Below are positions 9,675 through 19,220 of a DNA stretch of 64,000 nucleotides, in pieces. Source of the stretch: an uncultured Burkholderiaceae bacterium. GTDB lineage: Bacteria > Pseudomonadota > Gammaproteobacteria > Burkholderiales > Burkholderiaceae_D. Where the stretch lies: positions 5,644 to 69,643 of the forward strand of contig CAYWNE010000005.1 of assembly GCA_964459555.1 (NCBI GenBank). The letters run 5' to 3'. The notes beneath the pieces are model-generated. The model did no database searches and had not been told where the DNA came from. It was given only the letters and a program-made list of their open reading frames with translations. Both the position numbers and the translations under genes were made by a program. Position 1 is the stretch's first letter; every line of letters starts with the position of its first letter.

Positions 9675-10553
9675 TCAGTCTTCCACGAATTCAATTTCAA
9701 TCAGGGTGTCGTCAGGCCATGATGTATCGCTCAAAGGGGGGGTGAAGCTTAGTTCTTCCAATGGGTGAAGTTGGAGCCAGCCATTTTGGAGATCGCCTGG
9801 ACCAAAGATTGAAATGGGATGTAATCGTTGCCCATAAAGACTTCGCAGAGGAAGTTGTACGTGACGACTTCCATGCGAGAGACTTACTTTGAAGATAGGG
9901 TGTTCTGCAAGGAAAGGAATTGTTGGTTTCTCGAAGAGGCAAGGATTCGATAGCACGGCGAGAAGCGCGCGTTTGCTCAAACTTACGATATCAGTTTTTT
10001 CTCTGAATCGAAGGGTTTTTACGAAGACCTCACAATTCACACGCAGTTCGCCGAGCCTTAGTCGATTTTCTGGAAGATCCGGCGACTTAACCTCCGCTAT
10101 AAATCGTAGTTCTGTTTCCGAGTAGTTCGACAAAATAACGGCATCCTCTTTGAAAGCCAAATCGTTGTTAGGCAGTTCAAATCGAAAATCTTCCGTGATG
10201 TGAATGGGCGTTTCAAAGGTCTCACCAGCTAAGCGCAAGCGTACTTGTTTGAGGTCGACCTCAGGCTTAAGCGGAATTAAGCGAAACCGCAAGACCGCAC
10301 CGGGTACACGTGCTCGCAAGGATTCAAATAGTTGTCTACCGCCATCGAGAAATCGATAGCTTCTTTCCTCGGGGTGGCGCGTGTGGTTAATCACCACACT
10401 AGACTGATCGGTCTGAGCTTGCGCACAGGAAGGACTAAGTATCGCGACAATGAGTAACCCAATGATCGTCAAATTAATAAATACTGCTCCCCATGAGGGA
10501 ATGGTAACTTGATGAACAGGCAAAGACATAGGTAGTCGAAAGCGCATGGCCAA
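9675..10553 (-). CDS. hypothetical exported/membrane-anchored protein
   Basis: 292 aa. It has an N-terminal hydrophobic segment (GAVFINLTIIGLLIVAILS..AQA). No family recognised. Confidence 0.5.
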   Translation of the reverse strand: MAMRFRLPMSLPVHQVTIPSWGAVFINLTIIGLLIVAILSPSCAQAQTDQSSVVINHTRHPEERSYRFLDGGRQLFESLRARVPGAVLRFRLIPLKPEVDLKQVRLRLAGETFETPIHITEDFRFELPNNDLAFKEDAVILSNYSETELRFIAEVKSPDLPENRLRLGELRVNCEVFVKTLRFREKTDIVSLSKRALLAVLSNPCLFEKPTIPFLAEHPIFKVSLSHGSRHVQLPLRSLYGQRLHPISIFGPGDLQNGWLQLHPLEELSFTPPLSDTSWPDDTLIEIEFVED

Positions 10554-10725
10554 GAATTTAAAAAATGCTTATATTGCCACGGTGTAGATTTTTTATCTAT
10601 TCCAAAATGAAATATAGCGGCTGTCAAATTTCTTGCCTCTTGCGTTCTTCCGGTAAGTAAACAAAAAAAAACCGCAAGGCCACAAGTGTATGACCCCGCC
10701 GTTCTTCAAGAAAATTCTTCAAAGA

Positions 10726-10980
10726 TTACTTCTTGTTCTTCACTTCCTTCGGATACTTAATCGTCATCTCTTTCAAAATATTGTCAGCATGATCGACTTC
10801 CTTCATGATCCACAACATGTAGCGGACATCCATGTGAATGGCGCGGGTGATTTTGGGGTCGAAGTACCAATCTTTGGTGATCGACTCGTAGGTGGAATCA
10901 AAATTCAAACCAATCAATTCACCGCATTTGTTCATCACAGCGGAGCCAGAGTTACCGCCTGTGGTGTCGGCACTGGTCAA
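10726..10980 (-). pseudogene. C-terminal fragment (about 84 codons) of an S46 peptidase gene, with its terminator
   Basis: LTSADTTGGNSGSAVMNKCGELIGLNFDSTYESITKDWYFDPKITRAIHMDVRYMLWIMKEVDHADNILKEMTIKYPKEVKNKK differs at only 4 residues from the C-terminus of the intact gene at 21015-23171. Homology stops abruptly at about 10980. The downstream terminator region (about 10663-10710) is also homologous. Confidence 0.8.
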
Positions 10981-11086
10981 GTAGGCGATTGTGAATGCCG
11001 ACAAAAGCGGGAGCTTATCGGTTGGGCTTTGTTATTCTGTCGGTCTTCACGTTTCGTTCCCCTAGACCCTTTGAGGCGAATAGTCG

Positions 11087-12214
11087 TCAAGAATCGTCTT
11101 GTCGCTCAAAACGCTGAAGAGAGTAGTCGACCATGCCTTCGACGCTTCCATAACTCGCGAAAGCTTCGCGCAGCAGACTAGCATCGCTTCCTGTATGAGA
11201 AATTCTATAAACGTGCTCGAGGGCATCGACCGAGCCTAAAGCTTCGGCTGATGGTCGAAGTTTTCTTAAGGTGGTTAAGATGTCCTCTCGAAGTGGAACT
11301 TGTTCATAAGTTTTGGGATGAACGATGGTGCCATCAAGGCCGAAGCGGCACGCTTGAAATCGATTGTAGTTGTACACGAGATAGTCATCTTCTGCCGGCG
11401 GGTCCTCGTTGCGCTCTAGCAGATATTTGCAAAGAGCCTGCAGATAGCAAGCCAAAGCGGCCGCGCGATCGACAGTCAGTGGCGTATCGCATACCCGTAG
11501 TTCTATCGTGCCATATTCAGGTTTCGGTCTGATATCCCAATAAAAATCCTTCATACTTTTCGCTACGCCTGTCATTTCCATTTTCTCGAAATAGTGTTTT
11601 CTGAACGCGTCCCATTCTAGGAAGAATGGTGCCCGACCACTTAAGGGAAAGGCGAATACGGAATTTAAGCGCGCGGAGTTAAATAAAGTATCGTGTCCTT
11701 GCACATAGGGGGACGATGCCGATAGCGCAATAAAATGGGGAATGTAGCGATTTAATGAATGCAAAAGAAATAAGGCTTCGTCACCGCTAGTGCACCCGAT
11801 GTGAACGTGCTGACCAAAAATCGTAAACTGCTTGGTCAAATATCCATACAATGCCGAGACCTCCTGAAAGCGAGGCTTCTTATAAATTCGCCTATCTGAC
11901 CAGATTTGGAAAGGATGTGTACCGCCACCGCAAATGCCGATGTTGAGTTGGTTTGCAGCGCGGAGCAGGATACTTCGTATGTCCTGTAATTCTTTGAGGA
12001 GTGTGGTGTGATTGGTGTGAATACTGGTGGCGATTTCAAGCATACTTTCTGTCACTTCAGGAGTAACAACGCCAGGAAAAGGAGCTCTGGATAACAACTC
12101 CAAGATGTCTGGGCTCGCCGCCATCAAATCAAAGTCACTTAGGCTCACGAGTTGCAATTCAAGTTCGACACCCATGCTGAGTGCTTGTGAATGTTTAAAA
12201 TTCTCTAGTGACAT
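11087..12214 (-). CDS. ybdK: carboxylate-amine ligase, YbdK/GCS2 family
   Basis: 375 aa. Family blocks [38 protein letters not shown] and [19 protein letters not shown]. Its start lies 1 nt after the stop of the upstream antiporter gene. Confidence 0.8.
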   Translation of the reverse strand: MSLENFKHSQALSMGVELELQLVSLSDFDLMAASPDILELLSRAPFPGVVTPEVTESMLEIATSIHTNHTTLLKELQDIRSILLRAANQLNIGICGGGTHPFQIWSDRRIYKKPRFQEVSALYGYLTKQFTIFGQHVHIGCTSGDEALFLLHSLNRYIPHFIALSASSPYVQGHDTLFNSARLNSVFAFPLSGRAPFFLEWDAFRKHYFEKMEMTGVAKSMKDFYWDIRPKPEYGTIELRVCDTPLTVDRAAALACYLQALCKYLLERNEDPPAEDDYLVYNYNRFQACRFGLDGTIVHPKTYEQVPLREDILTTLRKLRPSAEALGSVDALEHVYRISHTGSDASLLREAFASYGSVEGMVDYSLQRFERQDDS

Positions 12215-12215
12215 T

Positions 12216-13403
12216 TTATACCTCCTTATTTTCCGGAACTTCGTGCGCCCAAATCAAGACTTTTTGAAGAAGAATGGGGCCAAAAATTTCTAAAATAATT
12301 GCAGCTGTCGCTAACGGAGCGAGCTGATCGACGAAGTGAATACCAATGAAACGAGTCTGTTCCAGTACCAAGATAACGAATGCAGAAATTGGCATGGAGG
12401 CAAGGCCCACGAGTGCACCCTTGCGCCAAGAAATGCCGCTGACTCGCGAAAAAATTCCAATGCCGAAAACCTTGCAAAGCAAACGAACCGTCAGGATAGA
12501 GAATCCAAGACTTATGCCCATCAAAACTTGCCGCCATTCGATTGTCGTGGCGATAAATACGAACATCATGACTGCCAGTAAATCACCGATAGCACCGAAG
12601 CCGCGCTGAGACGCGTTTAGGACTATTCGACGATGCCTCACGAAGAGCCCGAAGGTCAGTGTGGCGAGAACAGGGGACAGCTTTAGACTATGGGTTAATG
12701 CGACGATTAAAATCACCGCAATCGTAAATGCTAACGTGCCATCTTGATGTAGGCGTTTACTCAACCGCAGTATCCCTGGGATGACGATCCCAAAGCTTGC
12801 GCCGATGAAGCCAGAGACTATTAGCGCAATGATGCTGTTGTACGCGGCGCTCCAAAGGTCGCCAGAGGTTTTGAAAATCTCTAAGCCAACAACGATCTTG
12901 AAGATGAACACGGCAAGTACGCAATTTAAAACAGACAGGTGCAAGCTACGCTCAGTCACTTGACCAGAACTCTTTTGTTCGTTTATTACGCGAAGAATTG
13001 TTGCCGGTGAAGTTGCCATAGAGAGCGCGGCGAGAAGTAGTGCGGTGATAGTTTCTTGGTTGAAGACGATTGCGAGAAAATAGACACCGATAAATGTCAA
13101 TGAGGCTTCGGTGATACTGGCAGCTGTGAGCCATGGATTTCCTCGAAGCCATCTTAAATTAATGCGATAGCCGCTCTCAAACAAGATGAGCCCGAAAGCG
13201 ATGTTTGCAATCAATAACATCAAAGGAGACGGCACCGATGGGAGTAATCCTAACTGTGATGGTGCGAGTAAAAAACCAGCGACCGCATAGGTACTAATTC
13301 TTGGCAATCGCAAACAACTATTTGCAAATTCGCCGACTGTCCAAGCGATGAGAATGGTAAGCGGCCAGGCTAACTCATTTTGCAGTGTAGTGAAATCGAG
13401 CAT
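12216..13403 (-). CDS. cation:proton antiporter (Na+/H+ exchanger, CPA family)
   Basis: Polytopic membrane protein with about 11-12 hydrophobic helices. The ORF 12216..13487 is trimmed to the ATG at 13403 ([15 protein letters not shown]), which is preceded by AAGGAG. Confidence 0.7.
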   Translation of the reverse strand: MLDFTTLQNELAWPLTILIAWTVGEFANSCLRLPRISTYAVAGFLLAPSQLGLLPSVPSPLMLLIANIAFGLILFESGYRINLRWLRGNPWLTAASITEASLTFIGVYFLAIVFNQETITALLLAALSMATSPATILRVINEQKSSGQVTERSLHLSVLNCVLAVFIFKIVVGLEIFKTSGDLWSAAYNSIIALIVSGFIGASFGIVIPGILRLSKRLHQDGTLAFTIAVILIVALTHSLKLSPVLATLTFGLFVRHRRIVLNASQRGFGAIGDLLAVMMFVFIATTIEWRQVLMGISLGFSILTVRLLCKVFGIGIFSRVSGISWRKGALVGLASMPISAFVILVLEQTRFIGIHFVDQLAPLATAAIILEIFGPILLQKVLIWAHEVPENKEV

Positions 13404-13506
13404 GTTGATTCTCCTTAAGCACTTAAGTTGCTTACTTCGAGTAATGAATACAAATACCTTTTGCAGCTCTGTGTCTGGTGAGACCAATAAATGGGATGCG
13501 TTGCGC

Positions 13507-14121
13507 CTACATCCATGGTGAGATGACCGGACAGGTTGTGGAGGAGTGGAAGTACTCAGATCGACCGCTTATTGGGTATTCTTTTTCTATCGTTAGTCGT
13601 TGGTTTCCAAAGCGTATGGAGAGCGTTCCGTTTGACTTGCCGTAGCGTACTGAACTCTGGCAGGCAAAGCTGAAGGGATCATCTTCAGCGCCTTCGAATT
13701 GGCAAGATTCCGATACATTTGTTTGGCTTTTTGTCTCACTCCCATCGGGCGCGATCGAGAATAAATCATACTTTTTACTGATTTTGTCGACGTTTATCCT
13801 TGAGTAAGTGCGAGAATCTGTGCAGCCATTATTGTCACAGGTTCTGCATTGATCTAATTGATAGTCCCGGCTGAGGGGAATAGTCGTAGTGGCTACGGAC
13901 TTACCATCCATTGCTGGCACATCGCTGCGCTCATAAATGAAGAAACTGATCGCAACCAAGATAATCAAAACGGTCAATCCCATTTTTAAAATGATCTTCA
14001 TACCTTGAGTGGAGCGAACTGTTATTTCCGGATTGTTCCTTTTTCTTTTTTTAATCCTTACGAAACCAAAAATGAGAAATACGACAGCAATTGAAGCGAT
14101 GGATACTTCGAGATAGGTCAT
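13507..14121 (-). CDS. hypothetical membrane protein with a Cys-rich extracytoplasmic domain
   Basis: 204 aa. Two N-terminal hydrophobic helices separated by KKRKRNN, then a domain with 7 Cys (CRTCDNNGC, CQFEG, FACQ, TTCP). No family recognised. Confidence 0.45.
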   Translation of the reverse strand: MTYLEVSIASIAVVFLIFGFVRIKKRKRNNPEITVRSTQGMKIILKMGLTVLIILVAISFFIYERSDVPAMDGKSVATTTIPLSRDYQLDQCRTCDNNGCTDSRTYSRINVDKISKKYDLFSIAPDGSETKSQTNVSESCQFEGAEDDPFSFACQSSVRYGKSNGTLSIRFGNQRLTIEKEYPISGRSEYFHSSTTCPVISPWM

Positions 14122-14154
14122 TTAAAACACTCCAAGAAGGTCGTCGAACAAAAA

Positions 14155-15414
14155 TCAAAGTACAACAAATGCGATTATCGCGACGAAAGTTGGGATTATT
14201 GCCCCTATGAAGAGTCCGGCAGCACCAACAGATTCATCGGTAAAGCCCGCCTTCAAGATCGCGACACCTGCCGGATTAGGTGCATTGGCGATAACAGTTA
14301 ATCCACCGCCGGCCACTGCACCAGCCACGAGACTATATTTCGCTTGATCGGAGATATCTGGGATGAGAGACCCAAGATAGGTAAGGGCCGCATTATCTGT
14401 AATGGCGGTCAGTGCTGTCGTTCCAAAAAATAAAGTTCTTGGCGACAGTTCAGTAATTAATGGTTGCAACCACCATTGTTGAAGACCACCAAGCACCACG
14501 AGGCCCGCGAGAAAGAATGAAACCAATAAAGCTTCTTTGATCAGTAATGGGTTTTGATATTGTTCGTAGGCTTGCGCAATGCCAAGAAACATCAGGAACA
14601 AACCCAAAAACGCCACGGGGTGATGGGCAAGCAATACAACTGCAATCAAAAACGAAAAATGAACCATCGTTAACAATGGAGGAATCGAATGCTCATGTTC
14701 ATCAAGGTTTGTCGATACTTCCTGATGCAAGTGTTTTCTTAAAACAAAAATGGCGAGACTAGCGTTCAGAAGAACCGCAATCGCAGCCTTCCAGCCGAAG
14801 TTCGTCAACATGAGGTGCGAGTCCCATTGCCATGCACTAGCGACCATCAATACGGGCGGCGCGGCAAATGAACTCAGCGTGCCGCCAATAGAAATGTTCA
14901 CGAACAAAATTCCGAGCACAAAGTACTTTATTTTCTCAGGCACCCAGGGTTGGAAAACAGTGGCGCGCAACAAAAGTGCGGCGATCGTCATGGCCGCTGG
15001 CTCTGTCACTGCAGAACCGAACAAAGGTACAGCGGCCAAGCTAAGCCATACTTTGCTTCCATCGGCACGGAAGGGCAGACTTTTCGCAATTTGATTAATA
15101 ATCGATGCGATACATTGCAATATGGGACGTGACGCTGAAATGACCATGACGACGAATACGAACAAAGGTTCGGTATATCGTCTTGATTCCACGTAGGTTA
15201 AAGCTTGAGCGCCCCCAGAGGCAAATGCCATGCAGAAAATTAATATGATGGCCCAGAATCCAAAAACAATTTCAACTTCGCCGAGTAAATGGAAAAGACC
15301 GCGATGGTGAGGAAAACGATGCGATAGGCGTTCGAATTGCTTGGCCAGAAATGTATGTGCAAGCGCGGCTGCAAATAAAAAAGCCGCAATATATTCGATA
15401 TTCATACTGAACAT
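14155..15414 (-). CDS. putative Na+/H+ antiporter family membrane protein (Na_H_antiport_2/DUF1504-like)
   Basis: Polytopic. The N-terminal block IAAFLFAAALAHTFLAKQFERLSHRFPHHRGLFHLLGEVEIVFGFWA matches what I remember of this family. The track start at 15429 is TTG and lies inside the leader element. ATG 15414 or 15405 is more likely. Confidence 0.55.
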   Translation of the reverse strand: MFSMNIEYIAAFLFAAALAHTFLAKQFERLSHRFPHHRGLFHLLGEVEIVFGFWAIILIFCMAFASGGAQALTYVESRRYTEPLFVFVVMVISASRPILQCIASIINQIAKSLPFRADGSKVWLSLAAVPLFGSAVTEPAAMTIAALLLRATVFQPWVPEKIKYFVLGILFVNISIGGTLSSFAAPPVLMVASAWQWDSHLMLTNFGWKAAIAVLLNASLAIFVLRKHLHQEVSTNLDEHEHSIPPLLTMVHFSFLIAVVLLAHHPVAFLGLFLMFLGIAQAYEQYQNPLLIKEALLVSFFLAGLVVLGGLQQWWLQPLITELSPRTLFFGTTALTAITDNAALTYLGSLIPDISDQAKYSLVAGAVAGGGLTVIANAPNPAGVAILKAGFTDESVGAAGLFIGAIIPTFVAIIAFVVL

Positions 15415-15420
15415 AGGCGT

Positions 15421-15490
15421 AGGGTGCAAAAAACGAGCGAGGCGGCCCGACCTTCGCTGTATCCTGCGTCACCGTTTGGTGCGCACCCTT
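15421..15490 (-). promoter_or_regulatory. structured 5' leader, copy A (candidate cation-responsive riboswitch with a terminator-like hairpin)
   Basis: The RNA sense strand reads AGGGUGCGCACCAAACGGUGACGCAGGAUACAGCGAAGGUCGGGCCGCCUCGCUCGUUUUUUGCACCCU. It shares a near-identical core with 20783-20836, and the variable hairpin shows compensatory changes. GCGAAGG/CCUCGC followed by U6 resembles an intrinsic terminator. Confidence 0.6.
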
Positions 15491-15588
15491 TTTGCATTCT
15501 AATCGATTTCTTTGATTTTGTTTCCGCATCGATTGGCGGTTTTTTTAGATCAGGTTTTGATTACATTTGCGTTGAGTTGAATGGTTGA

Positions 15589-16419
15589 TCAAATTGGATC
15601 TTTCTGAAGTATTTTCCGAATTTTCATTGCATCGCGAATACGATGCGATTTCGCCTTTGCATTGAGCAATACAAGCGTGGCTGTTCGTTTCGCCAATTTG
15701 AGTTTCATGATTAAGCAATTCCCTGCCTCATTCGTGAAACCCGTCTTCGACATGAGGACATCCCAACCAGATTTTCCGATAAGTCTGTTCGTATTGTGAA
15801 AAATTCTTGTGCGTCCTCTTACATCGAATTCGTCTGAAGTTTCCGTCGTTATTTCTTGAATAAGCGGGTATTTTGATGCTGCTATAGCCATCTTCATTAG
15901 GTCCGAGGCAGTTGATGTGTTTTGGCTCGATAATCCGGTGGGCTCATTGATCGTGGTTTTTCGCATTCCTAAAGTTTGTAATTTCCAATTCACCGCATTC
16001 TTGAATGCTTCTAGTCCGCCAGGGTAGGTTCTAGCGAGCGCAGATGCCGCTCGATTGTCAGATGACATCAATGCCAATTGCAGAAGTTCTAAACGAGAAA
16101 ATTCTTCGCCGACCGGTATTTTGGAACGACTATGTTTAAGGCGATCTACATCAGACTTTTCAATTCTGATCAACTGTTCGAAATCAGGCTTGCTATCAAT
16201 GACGACCATCGCCGTCATTAATTTTGTGAGTGAAGCGATTGAGGTCTGCTCGTCAGCATTTTTCTCGACAATGATTTCACCACTTTCATCGTCGACTACG
16301 AGTACATGTTGTGTTTGAAAATCGGTCGCATAGGCAGAGAAACTAGCGAGAACAAGAAATAAGAATGAGTATAATTTGAACAGCCGTAGCGCGGACGAAG
16401 TAATTCTTTTCATGCACAT
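15589..16419 (-). CDS. pbpG: D-alanyl-D-alanine endopeptidase (PBP7-type, peptidase S11)
   Basis: 276 aa. Signal peptide, SxxK (SLTKLMT), SxN (SDN) and KTG (SKTGFT) motifs in the canonical order. Confidence 0.8.
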   Translation of the reverse strand: MCMKRITSSALRLFKLYSFLFLVLASFSAYATDFQTQHVLVVDDESGEIIVEKNADEQTSIASLTKLMTAMVVIDSKPDFEQLIRIEKSDVDRLKHSRSKIPVGEEFSRLELLQLALMSSDNRAASALARTYPGGLEAFKNAVNWKLQTLGMRKTTINEPTGLSSQNTSTASDLMKMAIAASKYPLIQEITTETSDEFDVRGRTRIFHNTNRLIGKSGWDVLMSKTGFTNEAGNCLIMKLKLAKRTATLVLLNAKAKSHRIRDAMKIRKILQKDPI

Positions 16420-16556
16420 AATCTACATTGACGATTGTGGAAGAAAGTCAGACGATTGCAACGAGGTCGCCATCTCTACAACTCGCAAAGGAGACGTGGT
16501 TACATCATGTTTCGCATGAATTGACCACGTCTGCGATTTTGATATTTGGATCGTCG

Positions 16557-17084
16557 TTATTTTGGTAAATAGACGATATCAGCACGGCGGTTTTCTGCCC
16601 ATGCAGCCTCATCATGTCCGTTGGCCTTCGGCTTATCTTTACCAAACGATACAGATTCAATTTGAGATTCGGTCACACCCAAAGTGAGCATGACTTTTTT
16701 CACCGCGTCTGAGCGTTTTTGGCCGAGTGCGATATTGTATTCACGGCCACCACGTTCATCGGTATTTCCTTGGATGAGAATCTTTTGTGCTTTGTGCGTC
16801 GCCAAGTATTTTGCGTGTGCTTGCACGAGCGCTGTGAATTCTGGCTTCACTGCGTAATTGTCATAGTCGAAATAGACACTGCGCTTTGCGAGCACACCTT
16901 TCGGGTCGAGCAAGGGATCGATCCCTTGTGCCACAACAGGCGCGACTGTTCGCGTATCCGCAGGTTTCGGTTGTGTAACCGGTGCGACAGGGGCAGGCGT
17001 CTCAGCAACCTTGACAGGTGAACTGCAGGCAGAAAGGAAGGCGATAGTTGAAACAAGTAAAGCAGTGCTGTTTGTCATTCTCAT
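16557..17084 (-). CDS. OmpA-family peptidoglycan-associated lipoprotein (Pal-like)
   Basis: 175 aa. Lipobox (FLSACS), a Pro/Ala/Val-rich linker and an OmpA_C core (NTDERGGREYNIALGQKRSDAV...NRRADI). It is not in a tol-pal cluster, so I do not call it pal. Confidence 0.8.
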   Translation of the reverse strand: MRMTNSTALLVSTIAFLSACSSPVKVAETPAPVAPVTQPKPADTRTVAPVVAQGIDPLLDPKGVLAKRSVYFDYDNYAVKPEFTALVQAHAKYLATHKAQKILIQGNTDERGGREYNIALGQKRSDAVKKVMLTLGVTESQIESVSFGKDKPKANGHDEAAWAENRRADIVYLPK

Positions 17085-17205
17085 GGAAATACTCCTTGGT
17101 AAGAAAAGAACGTTTTAAGACTCTTATAGTATTGAGAGTTCCACGATTCTCTGGCCTGAGTGTTTCTGCCTTAAAGCCAATATTTCCAGAGGTGAATCTG
17201 ATGGT

Positions 17206-17706
17206 TTACATCGTGAATGGTAGAGGCAAGTTTTCAAATCCTTCATCCACCACTTCAATACTCTTGATCAGTCCGGCAAGACCGAATTTGAGATGTGATA
17301 AATCAGCTTCATCTAAGTTTCTAAGGGCTTCGGGCAATAGGCCTCGGGCTGGCTTTGGAGCTTTCAAGAGCAAAGCAACACCTTCCTCCGTGAGACTCAC
17401 GCGAACAGCACGTTGGTCATTGGGATCTCTCGTTTTTTTTACGAAAGATCGTTTTTCCAAGGCATCTATCAAGTTACTCGTTGTGGTTTGATGCACCGCT
17501 AGACGATGTGCTAATTCACCGACCCGTAAATCGTTTTCCTCGTAAAGTTCTTGCATTAGCCAAAGTTGCGCACCGTTCACCCCGCATTGCTTTTCAATCC
17601 AAAGTGAGTGTTGCTGTGCAGCCCGGATGACAACCCTTAGCTGCTTTAAAATCTCCAATGAACTTGGCACCACGACCTGTTCAGATGAAAGATGTTTTTT
17701 TGGCAT
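17206..17706 (-). CDS. MarR family transcriptional regulator
   Basis: The ORF is trimmed to the ATG at 17706 (MPKKHLSSEQ). Winged-helix core: LRVGELAHRLAVHQTTTSNLIDALEKRSFVKKTRDPNDQRAV. It is divergent from the ClC gene. Confidence 0.8.
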   Translation of the reverse strand: MPKKHLSSEQVVVPSSLEILKQLRVVIRAAQQHSLWIEKQCGVNGAQLWLMQELYEENDLRVGELAHRLAVHQTTTSNLIDALEKRSFVKKTRDPNDQRAVRVSLTEEGVALLLKAPKPARGLLPEALRNLDEADLSHLKFGLAGLIKSIEVVDEGFENLPLPFTM

Positions 17707-17747
17707 GGCATTTCCTTCGTTTCGTAGTCTAACACATATATAATGGT

Positions 17748-17762
17748 GCAAATATAATTTGC
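17748..17762. promoter_or_regulatory. perfect palindrome GCAAAT-ATA-ATTTGC, candidate MarR operator
   Basis: Read directly from the sequence. It lies in the 124-bp MarR/ClC divergent intergenic region. Confidence 0.35.
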
Positions 17763-17830
17763 GCCAATGTAATTTGATAATTGAGGCCTTCTTGTCGGTA
17801 ATACACAAAAAAGGCTTAGATGCACGTCTT

Positions 17831-19138
17831 ATGAAACTTTCAAATTCGTATCTTAACCAATTTTACCGACAGCTTTTCAGTAGACTTGGCGTCATTTCGC
17901 ATCGTGGGTTTGCCTGGATTATTGGCCCCATACTCATCTCGACCGCTGCGATCAGCCTTGCGCTGGCAAGCGAGGAAGTCGCACGATTTCAAAGGGCAAT
18001 GGTCGGTTATTCCAGATTTCTTCCTCTTGTGTTGTTGCCACTTGGTTTTATGGTTCTAGCGTTTCTCGTAGGCCGTTATTTTAACGGCGCGCAGGGAAGT
18101 GGAATACCTCAAACCATTGCTGAACTAGATAATGCGAGCGATGAAAAAAGCGAGAAGTGCTTATCAGTGCGTATTTTGTTGGGGAAAATTTTGTTCACAA
18201 TAGGCGGCTTATCAATAGGCGCGTCAATTGGTCGTGAAGGGCCAACCGTTCAAATTGGGGCATCGATCATGCATTGGTTCTATGGAAAGGGGCCATTTCA
18301 GAACGCTGAGTTAAGACGTACTTTAATCGTCGCCGGTGGTGCCGCAGGCATTGCGAGCGCGTTTAACACCCCTCTTGCTGGACTAATGTTTGCAATTGAA
18401 GAGCTGAGTAAGAAACATCTTTTTACGGCGAACAGTTCGACCTTAGTCACGATTATCGTTTCTGGACTTATTTCAGTGTCATTCTTGGGAAGTTATACCT
18501 ACTTTGGAACCTCACCCGCACAGCTGTTATGGAGCAACGGAATTGGAGCAATTCTTCTTTGCGCACTAGTCGGCGGTTTGGCCGGGGGCAGTTTTAGTCG
18601 GCTTCTGATTGGATTCTTATTTGATTTGCCAACGCGACTAGCCTCGCTTATTGAAAAGCACAAAATTGTTTTTTCAGGACTCTGCGGATTCCTCATCGCA
18701 TTGCTTGGTCTACTGAGTGATGGTGTTGTCTATGGAACCGGATACGAGCCGACGCGCGCACTGCTTGAGGGGCAGCAAAACATCACTTCAAGCTTTGGGA
18801 TAGCAAAATTTTTCGCGACTTTGCTTTCCGCAGTCAGCGGTATCACTGGCGGGATTTTTGCCCCATCATTGGCAGTTGGCGCAGGGATTGGCGATAACCT
18901 ATCCGCGCTGGTGCCAGTGCTGGCCGACCGCAGTGCAATCATATTGCTGGTCATGGTGGCCTATTTGTCGGGGGTAACGCGGGCACCGGTCACTTCATTT
19001 CTCATCATGATGGAAATGACCAATAGCCACCAAATGCTGATCCCTTTGATGGCAACTTCTGTGATAGCCAGCACGGTAGCTAAATTCGTGTGCCCGGTGC
19101 CGCTGTATCACAAATTAGCGGAACGATTTGCGGCCTAG
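17831..19138 (+). CDS. ClC-family chloride channel / H+-Cl- antiporter
   Basis: Canonical selectivity motifs GSGIPQ, GREGPTVQIG and GIFAPS are present, and the protein is polytopic. The ORF 17759.. is trimmed to the ATG at 17831 (MKLSNSY). Confidence 0.85.
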   Translation: MKLSNSYLNQFYRQLFSRLGVISHRGFAWIIGPILISTAAISLALASEEVARFQRAMVGYSRFLPLVLLPLGFMVLAFLVGRYFNGAQGSGIPQTIAELDNASDEKSEKCLSVRILLGKILFTIGGLSIGASIGREGPTVQIGASIMHWFYGKGPFQNAELRRTLIVAGGAAGIASAFNTPLAGLMFAIEELSKKHLFTANSSTLVTIIVSGLISVSFLGSYTYFGTSPAQLLWSNGIGAILLCALVGGLAGGSFSRLLIGFLFDLPTRLASLIEKHKIVFSGLCGFLIALLGLLSDGVVYGTGYEPTRALLEGQQNITSSFGIAKFFATLLSAVSGITGGIFAPSLAVGAGIGDNLSALVPVLADRSAIILLVMVAYLSGVTRAPVTSFLIMMEMTNSHQMLIPLMATSVIASTVAKFVCPVPLYHKLAERFAA

Positions 19139-19220
19139 ACAAAACCTCATAGGCAATGTGACTCTAGTGACCAGAAAGCCAGGATTATCGAAAATTCTGG
19201 CTAATTTTTTGGCTTCGAAT

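Noticed and set aside
15272-15529. 85-aa minus-strand ORF spanning the leader element
   Set aside because: It overlaps the antiporter 5' end out of frame and runs through the conserved RNA motif. The motif's conservation pattern (stem covariation) is RNA-like, not codon-like.
17707-17830. Looked for a fluoride (crcB-motif) riboswitch upstream of the ClC gene
   Set aside because: No sequence resembling the conserved fluoride-riboswitch core is present, and the ClC carries canonical chloride-type selectivity motifs.
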